A model generated the notes under the pieces. It did no database searches. It saw nothing but the letters and a program-made list of their open reading frames with translations, and had not been told where the DNA came from. This document shows positions 9,986 to 18,712 of a DNA stretch of 64,000 nucleotides, piece by piece. A program made the position numbers and the translations under genes. The stretch covers positions 27,614 to 91,613 of the forward strand of contig JBPOHZ010000008.1 of NCBI GenBank assembly GCA_052034955.1, written 5' to 3'. This stretch comes from Candidatus Saccharimonadota bacterium (GTDB lineage Bacteria > Patescibacteriota > Saccharimonadia > Saccharimonadales > AWTP1-31). Position 1 is the first letter of the stretch; the number at the start of each line of letters is the position of its first letter.

Positions 9986-10398
9986 GGGGCTGAATTTTAA
10001 GCTCGACGTTGGACTTTAACAGACTTTAATGGCAGGCCGGATTGATCTACACGTTAGCTGGATCAAAATTATAGTTGCAGAAAAATCTACAGCTCGCGGA
10101 TCTCTAATTAAAGAACTAGCTGCAAAGCTTGTTCCTAATTCAGAGTTCGCACTAGCAGCCTAATTTAATTAGACTGCCGCTTCATAAGTGACATCAGATA
10201 ATTTATGTCAGCGCTATATACTTCTGATTGCTCCAGACTTATTTGCCCATAAGTTTGGCTAAGCCTTAGGGCTGCAGCCATTACATTTTTTGTTTGTTTA
10301 CACTGTTTTGGCTAAAGAAACATCCAAACAAACTAAGCCTGTAGTCATAAAGCCATGTTAACTGACGGACGCGGGGGCAGTACCCGCCAGCTCCACCA
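9986..10398 (+). ncRNA. ssrA: tmRNA (SsrA)
   Basis: 5' GGGGCUGA pairs with 3' CAGCUCC-A-CCA, including the G3:U wobble. T-stem is GCGGG/CCCGC. An internal tag reading frame ends ...NSEFALAA-TAA (stop 10161-10163). An intrinsic terminator follows. The resume codon is uncertain. Confidence 0.9.
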
Positions 10399-10433
10399 AA
10401 AACGCATCAACTAAAGTTGGTGCTTTTTTATTT
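10389..10433 (+). repeat. Direct repeat copy 1 (last 10 nt of tmRNA plus its terminator)
   Basis: 45/45 nt identical to 11175-11219 by direct comparison. Confidence 0.95.
10404..10433 (+). terminator. Intrinsic terminator downstream of tmRNA
   Basis: Stem GCATCAAC/GTTGGTGC (one G-U pair), loop TAAA, then TTTTTTATTT. Confidence 0.75.
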
Positions 10434-10510
10434 ATGCCCCACATCAAATTGCTTTTGCTTGCAAAGACACGAAGAAGCGATATAGTAAGTTGAAATCCTA
10501 AGGAGTATTT

Positions 10511-11056
10511 ATGAGTTTCAGAAAACCACAACATCCCGGTGAAGTTCGAACAGTTATGGAGGCTTCATATGCACGTTACGCTATGGGGTTAGATATGTTC
10601 CCTGCCGCACGTCTACGGTCAAATCCTAGCGACCTCCCTAGAAAGTCAAAAGCTATTGCAAGAACACTTGCCAGTGCTTGGGTGCGTATTGATGAAGACG
10701 AGTCTTACTTTATGGACACTACGATTGGACTTATAAAGAGAGCGCACGAGAAGATTAGAGCCGGAGAGCTTGACGGTGGCGCGATGCTGGCTATAACACA
10801 AGTAGGCAGAAACTGCGTGAAAATGGCTACTGTCACACCTAGTGTTGATCAGCCTCAGGTAACTCTGGGCGTTTTTCCTCGAGAAGAGTTTGTTAGAGAA
10901 TTTGAAGGCTTTGAATTTAATGCATCTGGTGGCAGAACACTTTCCCTAGTTAATGGTCAATTACAGACGGAAGGTGGTGGTCCAGATGTTATGGTTGTTC
11001 GCGGGTCAAATGTCAGCGGTCTGTTCCTACCTGGAAGCAATCAAGAAGCATCCTAG
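10511..11056 (+). CDS. Hypothetical protein (the only gene inside the repeat-bracketed insert)
   Basis: 181-aa ORF with AAGGAG 7 nt upstream. TTGCAA-N16-TATAGT promoter-like boxes lie upstream. No recognisable motif. Confidence 0.55.
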   Translation: MSFRKPQHPGEVRTVMEASYARYAMGLDMFPAARLRSNPSDLPRKSKAIARTLASAWVRIDEDESYFMDTTIGLIKRAHEKIRAGELDGGAMLAITQVGRNCVKMATVTPSVDQPQVTLGVFPREEFVREFEGFEFNASGGRTLSLVNGQLQTEGGGPDVMVVRGSNVSGLFLPGSNQEAS

Positions 11057-11174
11057 CCAAGCAGTGCACTAACCTCCAGGCATTACTCCGCTCTTAAAGT
11101 TAGTCCAGGGTACTCGTAGAACACCCCGCCGCCGCCCCAGTTCTGCTTCAATGAGGTGCCAATTATTTTGTATT

Positions 11175-11219
11175 AGCTCCACCAAAAACGCATCAACTAA
11201 AGTTGGTGCTTTTTTATTT
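11175..11219 (+). repeat. Direct repeat copy 2 (includes a second copy of the terminator hairpin at 11190-11219)
   Basis: Identical to 10389-10433. Flanking bases differ on both sides. Confidence 0.95.
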
Positions 11220-11254
11220 GCAAATATTTTGATTAGGCGGATAATACTAAAATT

Positions 11255-11548
11255 ATGAGAAATTATAGACAAATATTATTTGGTGAAATGGCTGGAGCTA
11301 ATTCTAATAGTTTTAGAGGCGTAGGCGAGAGCGAACCTGATTCGGAGCCAGTCTTTCTGGGTAATCAAACAACTTTTGATGGACCCGAAGTATTGCCGGT
11401 TTTTGGCCGACCGGATTGCCAAGTAAGACGAAGTGTTTGGATAGATCATACCGTAGAGGTTATATTGGGCGACGTACCGGAGAGTCTTTCGGCTGATCCG
11501 TTTGAACGAACCCTATTGGAATACAACGGCGTCATTGAAGACTTGTAG
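11255..11548 (+). CDS. Hypothetical protein
   Basis: 97-aa ORF with no motif recognised. Confidence 0.35.
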   Translation: MRNYRQILFGEMAGANSNSFRGVGESEPDSEPVFLGNQTTFDGPEVLPVFGRPDCQVRRSVWIDHTVEVILGDVPESLSADPFERTLLEYNGVIEDL

Positions 11549-11592
11549 GTTATCTCCTTGACTGTATGGTCTGACCAGCCTAGCATTAGGAC

Positions 11593-12855
11593 ATGCTAAA
11601 GACAACAAAAATTGCTGGCAAAATTGTCCGAAAGATTACTGGTCAACGTGGTCAGATCGACCAACCGCATATTGCTGGCGCTCTAAGCTACATAGAGGAT
11701 CATTGGGCTGTTCTAACTCATGCCGAAAAGAGTGACATAGGCACGGTCATTGGGTTGCCCCACCCTTATGTTGTGCCAGCTGCCGATCCAAAGACAAAGT
11801 TTACTTTTAAAGAGCAGTATTACTGGGATAGTTACTTTACGGCTGTTGGTTTGGTGGGCGGATCTCACCAGAAGCTAGCCGAGGGAATGCTAGATAATCT
11901 CATCTACCTATACAAAAGGTTTCATTTTATTCCAAATGCTAGCCGTATGTACTACATGAGCCGGTCGCAGCCACCGGTGCTTACTAGCTTTATTCGGCTA
12001 ATATATGAAACAGGGAATAAAGATCACCAATGGCTAGCCGAGCGTATGGCTGTGGCCGAGCAAGAATATACGACTGTCTGGACCAGCGAAACTCACCCAT
12101 TCTGGCACAAAGTAGATCATGGCCTTAGCCGCTACTACGACATTAATATGCTCCATGACCTTGCCGAGGCAGAAAGTGGTTGGGATATGACCACCCGGTT
12201 CGAGCGTAAGTGCCTAGACTACTTGCCGGTAGACTTGAATTCGCTGCTGTATAAGTACGAAGCCGATTTTGCTTGGGCTGCTAAAGAATCGGGCAACAAT
12301 AAATCTGCCGAACACTGGAAGGCTGCGGCCTCTAGGAGAAAATCTGCCATGAATAAAACAATGTGGCACAGTCGAAAAAACTTCTTTTTTGACCATAACT
12401 ACAACAAAAATCAGATTGGTGACGTCTGGTCATTGGCTGGGTTCTTCCCTATGTGGGCTGGACTGGCTAGCAAAGACCAAGCCGAACAGCTTGTTAGGCA
12501 GATATTCAGGTTCGAACACGACGGAGGTCTGTCTACAACTACCAGGCCATTAATAGACATGACTATTTTTGGGTCACTTAAAGCCCAATGGGCCTTCCCA
12601 AATGGTTGGCCGCCACTTCATTTTATTGTTCTGGAAGGACTAGAAAATTATGGCTATCACGATGAAGCTAAGCGGTTGGCCCGTAAGTGGATAAAAACTA
12701 ATTTGTATTGGTTTGAGCGCGATGGCGTCTTTCTAGAAAAATATAACGTAGTTAAGCCACACAAGCATCCGGTTGAGGGAGTGTATCCAAGCCAAACTGG
12801 ATTTGGATGGACTAACGCCATCTTTAAATATCTTTGTGAAAAATATCTGGATTGA
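11593..12855 (+). CDS. Trehalase (GH37-like)
   Basis: 420 aa. KEQYYWDSYF and QWAFPNGWPPLH match the two GH37 trehalase signature regions. Confidence 0.8.
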   Translation: MLKTTKIAGKIVRKITGQRGQIDQPHIAGALSYIEDHWAVLTHAEKSDIGTVIGLPHPYVVPAADPKTKFTFKEQYYWDSYFTAVGLVGGSHQKLAEGMLDNLIYLYKRFHFIPNASRMYYMSRSQPPVLTSFIRLIYETGNKDHQWLAERMAVAEQEYTTVWTSETHPFWHKVDHGLSRYYDINMLHDLAEAESGWDMTTRFERKCLDYLPVDLNSLLYKYEADFAWAAKESGNNKSAEHWKAAASRRKSAMNKTMWHSRKNFFFDHNYNKNQIGDVWSLAGFFPMWAGLASKDQAEQLVRQIFRFEHDGGLSTTTRPLIDMTIFGSLKAQWAFPNGWPPLHFIVLEGLENYGYHDEAKRLARKWIKTNLYWFERDGVFLEKYNVVKPHKHPVEGVYPSQTGFGWTNAIFKYLCEKYLD

Positions 12856-12856
12856 C

Positions 12857-13027
12857 ATGTATGATGAACTCTTACCATGTGCCGATAAACTAGCGTTTGA
12901 TACTAACAAACAAGCCCGTGCGGCAGCTGTAGTGGCTGAGCTTCAACATGGGGCTAAGCTAAAGACTTACCTGTGTCGACATTGCCAGCTTTGGCATCTA
13001 GCCAGTCTGGTGGCGGGATCTGATTAG
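12857..13027 (+). CDS. Small hypothetical protein with a C-terminal CxxC (CRHCQLWH)
   Basis: 56 codons starting at ATG 12857, 1 nt after the trehalase stop. The last 74 nt overlap the convergent gene 12954..13673. Confidence 0.4.
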   Translation: MYDELLPCADKLAFDTNKQARAAAVVAELQHGAKLKTYLCRHCQLWHLASLVAGSD

Positions 13028-13673
13028 CTCTTATGTAATCAAGAACTTGTTGCCTGGTATCCTGGGTTATATGATTCTCGGCTACACCAATCTCTAGTAA
13101 CTCGGATATGGTAAAAATAGATATCATAGTTATTCCAGAAGCAGCCAAGGTTTTACGACCGCCTTGCTCACGATCACAGACATTAATTAAATGGGTCATA
13201 AAGGCATGATGATTAGCAGATAGCATTCGAGCAAATCGTAGGGCGGTAATTGCACCAGAAGTATGATCTTCGAAAGTCGCTAATAATTCGCCTGCTACTG
13301 GCGGTTCATTGGCTGGTACGAAAAGGTAGCCACTATTTGTCGCTTGCTTCTTAAACTCTCTAAATGGTCCTGATCTACTGCCGCCATATGCAACGGCCGA
13401 TCGGCCTAATCTTGTACCACCACTTGGGATGGCACTTAGCGGGCGATTATGAACTCCCGCTTCCTCTGCAAGCTCGAATAACAATTTTCCAGATAATGTA
13501 ACAACTGTTTCTGATTCCTCAAAGCCTGGCTCTCCGGGCTTCGGTAGATGCATGTAAATAGGAGAAAGCGGTAGGTCTGGGTTTTGTTGGTGAGCAGAGA
13601 TCTCGAAGTCACCAAAGCGAATTATATCTTGTTCAAAGTATCGGCTGGCAAGTTCTTCACGGATCACACTCAT
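12954..13673 (-). CDS. Phosphoribosyltransferase-fold protein, divergent orotate-PRT-like
   Basis: 239 aa, collinear by eye with PyrE. A PRPP-loop-like LLATFEDHTSGAIT replaces the usual hydrophobic-DD-T/S-GG pattern. CDREQGG resembles the PyrE DRxxGG motif. TATAAT ends 8 nt upstream of the ATG. Confidence 0.45.
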   Translation of the reverse strand: MSVIREELASRYFEQDIIRFGDFEISAHQQNPDLPLSPIYMHLPKPGEPGFEESETVVTLSGKLLFELAEEAGVHNRPLSAIPSGGTRLGRSAVAYGGSRSGPFREFKKQATNSGYLFVPANEPPVAGELLATFEDHTSGAITALRFARMLSANHHAFMTHLINVCDREQGGRKTLAASGITMISIFTISELLEIGVAENHITQDTRQQVLDYIRANQIPPPDWLDAKAGNVDTGKSLA

Positions 13674-13863
13674 TCAACTAAATTATAACGGGTTATTCCG
13701 AGGTGCGCTATTCAGTGGTATAATATTACAATGACAAAAGTAATACAGATATCTTCATTGATGTTGATGCCCTAGTGGCTATTACTTTTTTACACTCTTA
13801 AATTTGATTTAATTACTAACAATTAACCTGGGTATCATCCCAGATAAAAGGTACAATACATCT

Positions 13864-15309
13864 ATGAATTACCTAGTAACCACAGCTATACCCTATGTAA
13901 ATGGCGATCCCCATATTGGCAACGCGCTTGATTTTGTGATGGCTGATGTCTTGGCACGAGCTGCGCGCAAACAAGGCAAGCCAACAATCTTTACCACTGG
14001 TACCGATGAGCATGGCCAAAAAATAGCTGACAAAGCTGCTGAACTTAAGCTAACCCCCAAAGCTTACGTTGATCAGCAAAGTCAGAAATTCCGAGATCTT
14101 GCCAAGTTGTTAAACATCAGTAACGACCGTTTCATCCGGACCACCGATGCCGGGCACGAACAACGAGCCGCCATAATCTGGAAGCAACTCGAAAAAGACA
14201 TCTACAAGAGTAAGTACATTGGCTTGTACTGCAAGGGATGCGAAGAGTTTGTTACCGATAATGTAGCCAAAGAAAACAAAGGTGTTTGCCCTAGGCACAA
14301 CCAACCGTATGAGCGAGTAGAAGAAGAAAACTATTTCTTTAAACTTTCTAACTACTCCGAGCAAATAAGGGCCGCCATTCAGGCAGGCACCTTCGAGATC
14401 ATTCCTAAAACTCGTCGAAACGAAATCCTAAACCTGGCCATCGAAGGACTAGAGGACTTTAGTATTTCTCGGCCCACTAGCAAATTGACTTGGGGAATCC
14501 CCGTTCCCGGAGATAAAACACAGGTAATGTATGTCTGGCTAGACGCTTTAGTTAACTACATTACAGTACTTGGTTACCCCGAACACGAAGACTTCAAAAA
14601 GTTTTGGCCAGCCAACGTGCAGGTGATCGGAAAAGATATTATTCGATTTCATGCTGCATATTGGCCAGGAATTTTGCTGGGTCTTGGATTACCATTACCC
14701 GAAAAGCTTTATGTTCACGGCTTCGTAAACATTGCTAATCAAAAAATGAGCAAAACACTTGGCAACGTTGTCTTGCCGCAAGACATTGTTAAGCAATACA
14801 GTGCTGATGTGCTTCGCTACTATTTCCTACGTCACATACCAAGTTATGATGACGGAGATTTTTCCTGGGAGAACCTAGAGCGAGCCTACAATAACGAACT
14901 GGCAAACGAGCTAGGAAATGCTGTTCAACGTACGGCGGCCATGATTACGCAGTATCAAAAGGGTATCATCGGTGAAGTGCCTGCCCAAAACCACGACATG
15001 GCTTTGTACTGGGAGGCAATTAACGACTGCAAATTCGACCGTGCCCTTGACCATGTTTGGGAAAAGATTCGTGGGCTCAACCAATATATCGAAGAAGAAA
15101 AGCCTTGGGCAATCGCTAAGTCTGGCGATGAATCTCACCTACAAGAAATACTGGCTTACCAAGTTAGTAACTTGTTACAGATTGCCGAAATGCTCGAACC
15201 GTTCATGCCCGAAACTGCTGCTAAAATAAAGCATGTCTTTGACGAAGGGGTAATCCGTCCAAGTGAAGGTACTCTATTCCCACGTCGTGAACCAGCCAAG
15301 AAAGCTTAA
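13864..15309 (+). CDS. metG: Methionine--tRNA ligase
   Basis: 481 aa. Class I signatures PHIGNALD (HIGH) and KMSKT. Zinc knuckle CKGCEEF...CPRH. TACAAT ends 6 nt before the ATG. Confidence 0.93.
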   Translation: MNYLVTTAIPYVNGDPHIGNALDFVMADVLARAARKQGKPTIFTTGTDEHGQKIADKAAELKLTPKAYVDQQSQKFRDLAKLLNISNDRFIRTTDAGHEQRAAIIWKQLEKDIYKSKYIGLYCKGCEEFVTDNVAKENKGVCPRHNQPYERVEEENYFFKLSNYSEQIRAAIQAGTFEIIPKTRRNEILNLAIEGLEDFSISRPTSKLTWGIPVPGDKTQVMYVWLDALVNYITVLGYPEHEDFKKFWPANVQVIGKDIIRFHAAYWPGILLGLGLPLPEKLYVHGFVNIANQKMSKTLGNVVLPQDIVKQYSADVLRYYFLRHIPSYDDGDFSWENLERAYNNELANELGNAVQRTAAMITQYQKGIIGEVPAQNHDMALYWEAINDCKFDRALDHVWEKIRGLNQYIEEEKPWAIAKSGDESHLQEILAYQVSNLLQIAEMLEPFMPETAAKIKHVFDEGVIRPSEGTLFPRREPAKKA

Positions 15310-15315
15310 CTCTTG

Positions 15316-16113
15316 ATGGAGCTAGTAGACACCCATTGCCATATTCAAATTGCCGATTACGGCCTAGACCAGGACGAAGTGATCCAAAGCGCACAACAGG
15401 ATGGGGTAACCAGAATGTTGTGCGTTGGCTGCACTTTAGAGGATAGCAAGCTGGCAATCGCACTAGCTGCCAAGAAGGAAAATATATGGGCCACTATTGG
15501 ATTGCACCCACATGAGGCCAAAGATTATGTAGACAACCCACGTGCTCTGCAAGAATTTCATGACCTTGCTAGCAAACCAGAAGTGGTAGCTGTTGGCGAA
15601 ATTGGGCTTGATTACTTTTATAGCCACTCTGACCGCGAAGATCAGATAAAGATGCTCCGTTTTCAGCTGACGGTTGCCCAAGAGCATAATTTGCCGGTTA
15701 TCTTTCATGTCAGGGGTGCAAAAGACTTAAAACCAGGTCAAGCAGATGTTTGGGAGGATTTCTGGCCAATATTTGAAGAGTTTTCACCAAAAGGTGTAAT
15801 TCATAGCTTTAGCGCAGGTTCTAAGGAGCTAGAGCAGATTCTAAAACACGACTTGTTAGTGGGTTTAAACGGCATAATGACCTTTACTCGCGATCAAAAC
15901 CAGCTAGAAACCATAAAAACTATCCCATTAGACAAAATACTGGTCGAAACCGATGCTCCCTTCTTGACTCCCACCCCTTTTCGTGGTACAATCTGTGAGC
16001 CTAAACATGTGAGAGTAACGGCGGAGTTTTTGAGCAATTTGCGAGGCGAATCGCTCCAAGAATTTGCCAATACTACAACTGAAAATGCAGTTAACTTGTT
16101 CGGGCTAATTTAA
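15316..16113 (+). CDS. TatD-family metal-dependent hydrolase
   Basis: DTHCHI at the N-terminus, EIGLDY, HVRGA, IHSF and ETDAPF motifs. The alternative TTG start at 15313 is equally possible. Confidence 0.88.
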   Translation: MELVDTHCHIQIADYGLDQDEVIQSAQQDGVTRMLCVGCTLEDSKLAIALAAKKENIWATIGLHPHEAKDYVDNPRALQEFHDLASKPEVVAVGEIGLDYFYSHSDREDQIKMLRFQLTVAQEHNLPVIFHVRGAKDLKPGQADVWEDFWPIFEEFSPKGVIHSFSAGSKELEQILKHDLLVGLNGIMTFTRDQNQLETIKTIPLDKILVETDAPFLTPTPFRGTICEPKHVRVTAEFLSNLRGESLQEFANTTTENAVNLFGLI

Positions 16114-16117
16114 TCTT

Positions 16118-16546
16118 ATGACTATGACATCACCATTCGAAACTATTAAAGGAATCATATCTGGTAATCAAACACCAGAAGCTTTTGATGGCGACTCGGT
16201 TACCCGTGAATACGCTATGATTCGAGATAGCCTTGTTGCTCATGGTGTTCAAACTTTGATTGATGTCGCCCCAGTGGATCTTATCGTACCTAAAGAAGTT
16301 CCAAGTATTCATCGTCCAGAGCCTACTCCCGCTAAGCCAGAGCTAAACTTTGGTGCGCCAACAGGCATGCAGGCTCAACCGACAAAAGCAGAGCAAGTTC
16401 AGAATATCCAAGCAAATGCAGAGAAGACTTATGATTCTGCCGCAGCCGTAGCACAAGCCCGAGCAAAATACTTTGGTCTTCAAGAAGAAGCACCGATCGT
16501 TATGCCTGACGATTTTACTCCAAAGAATCAACTGATTAACTCTTAA
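16118..16546 (+). CDS. Hypothetical protein
   Basis: 142-aa ORF tightly packed after the TatD-family gene. No motif recognised. Confidence 0.4.
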   Translation: MTMTSPFETIKGIISGNQTPEAFDGDSVTREYAMIRDSLVAHGVQTLIDVAPVDLIVPKEVPSIHRPEPTPAKPELNFGAPTGMQAQPTKAEQVQNIQANAEKTYDSAAAVAQARAKYFGLQEEAPIVMPDDFTPKNQLINS

Positions 16547-16548
16547 TT

Positions 16549-16917
16549 ATGATTCAGAAATTTATAAAACTTGTAACCGGCACCAGCGCCGAGGAACGTA
16601 GGGCGGAACTTTACCGTAACCTTATTCGTCATGAAGCACGAATTGGCGGTACATTATTTGGACCAGTTCCCGAAGGTGGCAAAAGAGAATTCTTTTGTCT
16701 AGATGAACGTACCTGGATTTGGCATGAAGAGTGGATTGACGCCAATGGACAGCACCGCACCAAGACTACTCGATACGATGTTCGACCAAACGGAATCATT
16801 AAAGCACAAGACGGTACTAACCAGCAGTATGTATCTGATGAAGAAGCTCGACATTTACGTGATGCGGCGATTCTATACCAAAAGCGAATTCGCAGCGATT
16901 TGTATAGTAAAATTTAG
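16549..16917 (+). CDS. Hypothetical protein
   Basis: 122-aa ORF lying 2 nt after the previous stop. No motif recognised. Confidence 0.45.
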   Translation: MIQKFIKLVTGTSAEERRAELYRNLIRHEARIGGTLFGPVPEGGKREFFCLDERTWIWHEEWIDANGQHRTKTTRYDVRPNGIIKAQDGTNQQYVSDEEARHLRDAAILYQKRIRSDLYSKI

Positions 16918-16920
16918 TCT

Positions 16921-18063
16921 ATGAACCAGCCAATTTACATGGACCATGCTGCGGCTACTCCGCTAGATCCCGGCGTCCTGGCTGCTATGCAGCCATATTT
17001 GACTACCGAATTTTATAACCCAAGTGCTACTTATTTGGCAGCTAAAGAAGTTCGCTCTGCAGTCGAAGAAGCTCGTGCCAGAACTGCCAAGGCAATTGGC
17101 GTCCGACCTCGCGAGATTGTTTTTACGGCTGGTGCCACCGAGGCTAACAACTTGGCTATCCACGGAGTTATGGCTAAACATCCAAAAGGCAAAATCCTTG
17201 TTTCTGCTATTGAGCATGATTCGGTGCTCCAAGCTGCCAAGCAGCACAACCACGAAATTATTCCAGTCGACGCCACTGGTCATTTAGACATTGAAGCACT
17301 CAAGCAGATGTTAACTGATGATGTCGTTCTGGTAAGTGCTATTTATGCTAATAACGAAATTGGTACCGTTCAATACCTTAGTACTATCAGCGGCGTTCTA
17401 AAAGAAGTCCGATCAGCACGGATGTTCAAAGGTAATTTAAACACTCCACTTTATCTGCATACTGATGCGGCACAGGCTCCAAATTTGATGCTCTCGCTGC
17501 CAAAGAAATTTGGCGTTGATTTGATGAGTTTTAACGGCGGAAAAATCTATGGTCCTAAACAATCTGGAGCATTATTTGTATCTACCGGAATTGAGCTAGA
17601 ACCGCTTATTTATGGGGGCGGTCAAGAGTTTGGACTTCGAAGTGGAACCGAAAATGTAGCTGGAATAATTGGATTTAGCCATGCAATAGAAAAGGCTGTC
17701 AAAAAGCGCCCCGCCGAAGAAAAGAGGATGTTCCAACTCTGGAAGCACTTCGACGATTTGTTAACAGCAAAACTACCTCAGGTTGAGGTTACTACTCCTG
17801 GTGGATTGTTTAGCATTATGCACATAACTATCCCGGCTACTGACAACGAACGACTAATGATGGAGCTCGACGAAGCTGGCATTCAATGTGCTGTTGGATC
17901 GGCCTGTGGCGCTAGTAGCGACGAGCCTTCCCATGTACTTAAGGCTATTGGTATGACAGACGAACAAGCTCAAACCAGCCTTAGGTTTAGTATGGGCCGT
18001 AGTACCACCGAAAAAGATGTCCAAAAAGTTGTCGATACTCTTGCTAAGCTACTTCAAAAGTAG
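16921..18063 (+). CDS. Cysteine desulfurase (class V aminotransferase, NifS/IscS-like)
   Basis: 380 aa. HTDAAQ, PLP-lysine region SFNGGKIYGPK, RSGTEN, and the active-site loop GSACGAS. Confidence 0.88.
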   Translation: MNQPIYMDHAAATPLDPGVLAAMQPYLTTEFYNPSATYLAAKEVRSAVEEARARTAKAIGVRPREIVFTAGATEANNLAIHGVMAKHPKGKILVSAIEHDSVLQAAKQHNHEIIPVDATGHLDIEALKQMLTDDVVLVSAIYANNEIGTVQYLSTISGVLKEVRSARMFKGNLNTPLYLHTDAAQAPNLMLSLPKKFGVDLMSFNGGKIYGPKQSGALFVSTGIELEPLIYGGGQEFGLRSGTENVAGIIGFSHAIEKAVKKRPAEEKRMFQLWKHFDDLLTAKLPQVEVTTPGGLFSIMHITIPATDNERLMMELDEAGIQCAVGSACGASSDEPSHVLKAIGMTDEQAQTSLRFSMGRSTTEKDVQKVVDTLAKLLQK

Positions 18064-18112
18064 CCACTTACTGCTATACTAATGGCATAAGCATAACTTT
18101 TGTTTGGTGGGC

Positions 18113-18712
18113 ATGAATACACAGTTAATACTCCTTATCGTCTGGGTAGTAAGCGTTCTGGCTATAACGCTTGCTTTCATCTGGGTGGCGATTCGTCTTG
18201 GCCCAAAGGGTAGAGGCAAAGGCGGTGGTGGTAATAGTAGTGATGTTTTTAGTGATGAATTTAGGGATAAGCTTCGCGAAAGAGGAGTCGTCCGTTTCGA
18301 ACACAGTCTAGATCAAAACGCTGCAGTCTTGCAGCAAGATCTTCGCAAAATTAGCGACGATGTAAGTGAGCATATCAAGCTCCAGGCCTCCGAGATCCTT
18401 AAAGAAGAATTTGCCGACCAAAAGCAGACCGTGGTGGCTGCTCAGCAGCATATGAGCGAAGCCTTCGCCAAGGTAGACCGGGCCATCACCGAATATCAAA
18501 AAAACATGACGGCACAGATGACCGAAGAGCTATTAGCAGAAAAGAAGCGTCGCTTAGCTCGCTTCGAAGAAAATATGGCCGATGTAGTTACTCACCATGT
18601 ACAACAAACCTTGGGAACACATATGGAAGTTGGCGATCAAGTTCAGTACATCCTAAAGAACTTAGAAGATAACAAGACGGCAATTGTCGAGGATATTAAA
18701 CGTGAGTTCTGA
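18113..18712 (+). CDS. Hypothetical membrane-anchored coiled-coil protein (ATP synthase b-like topology)
   Basis: One N-terminal TM helix followed by a long charged helical region. ATG 18113 is preferred over TTG 18104. Confidence 0.45.
   Translation: MNTQLILLIVWVVSVLAITLAFIWVAIRLGPKGRGKGGGGNSSDVFSDEFRDKLRERGVVRFEHSLDQNAAVLQQDLRKISDDVSEHIKLQASEILKEEFADQKQTVVAAQQHMSEAFAKVDRAITEYQKNMTAQMTEELLAEKKRRLARFEENMADVVTHHVQQTLGTHMEVGDQVQYILKNLEDNKTAIVEDIKREF

Noticed and set aside
11069-11272. Minus-strand ORF of 67 aa
   Set aside because: It runs through direct repeat copy 2 and its terminator hairpin, and has no RBS.
13674-13863. T-box leader upstream of metG
   Set aside because: There is no T-box sequence (..UGGUACCGCG..) and no specifier-loop architecture, and the region is too short. 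metG also has its own -10 box 6 nt from the ATG.
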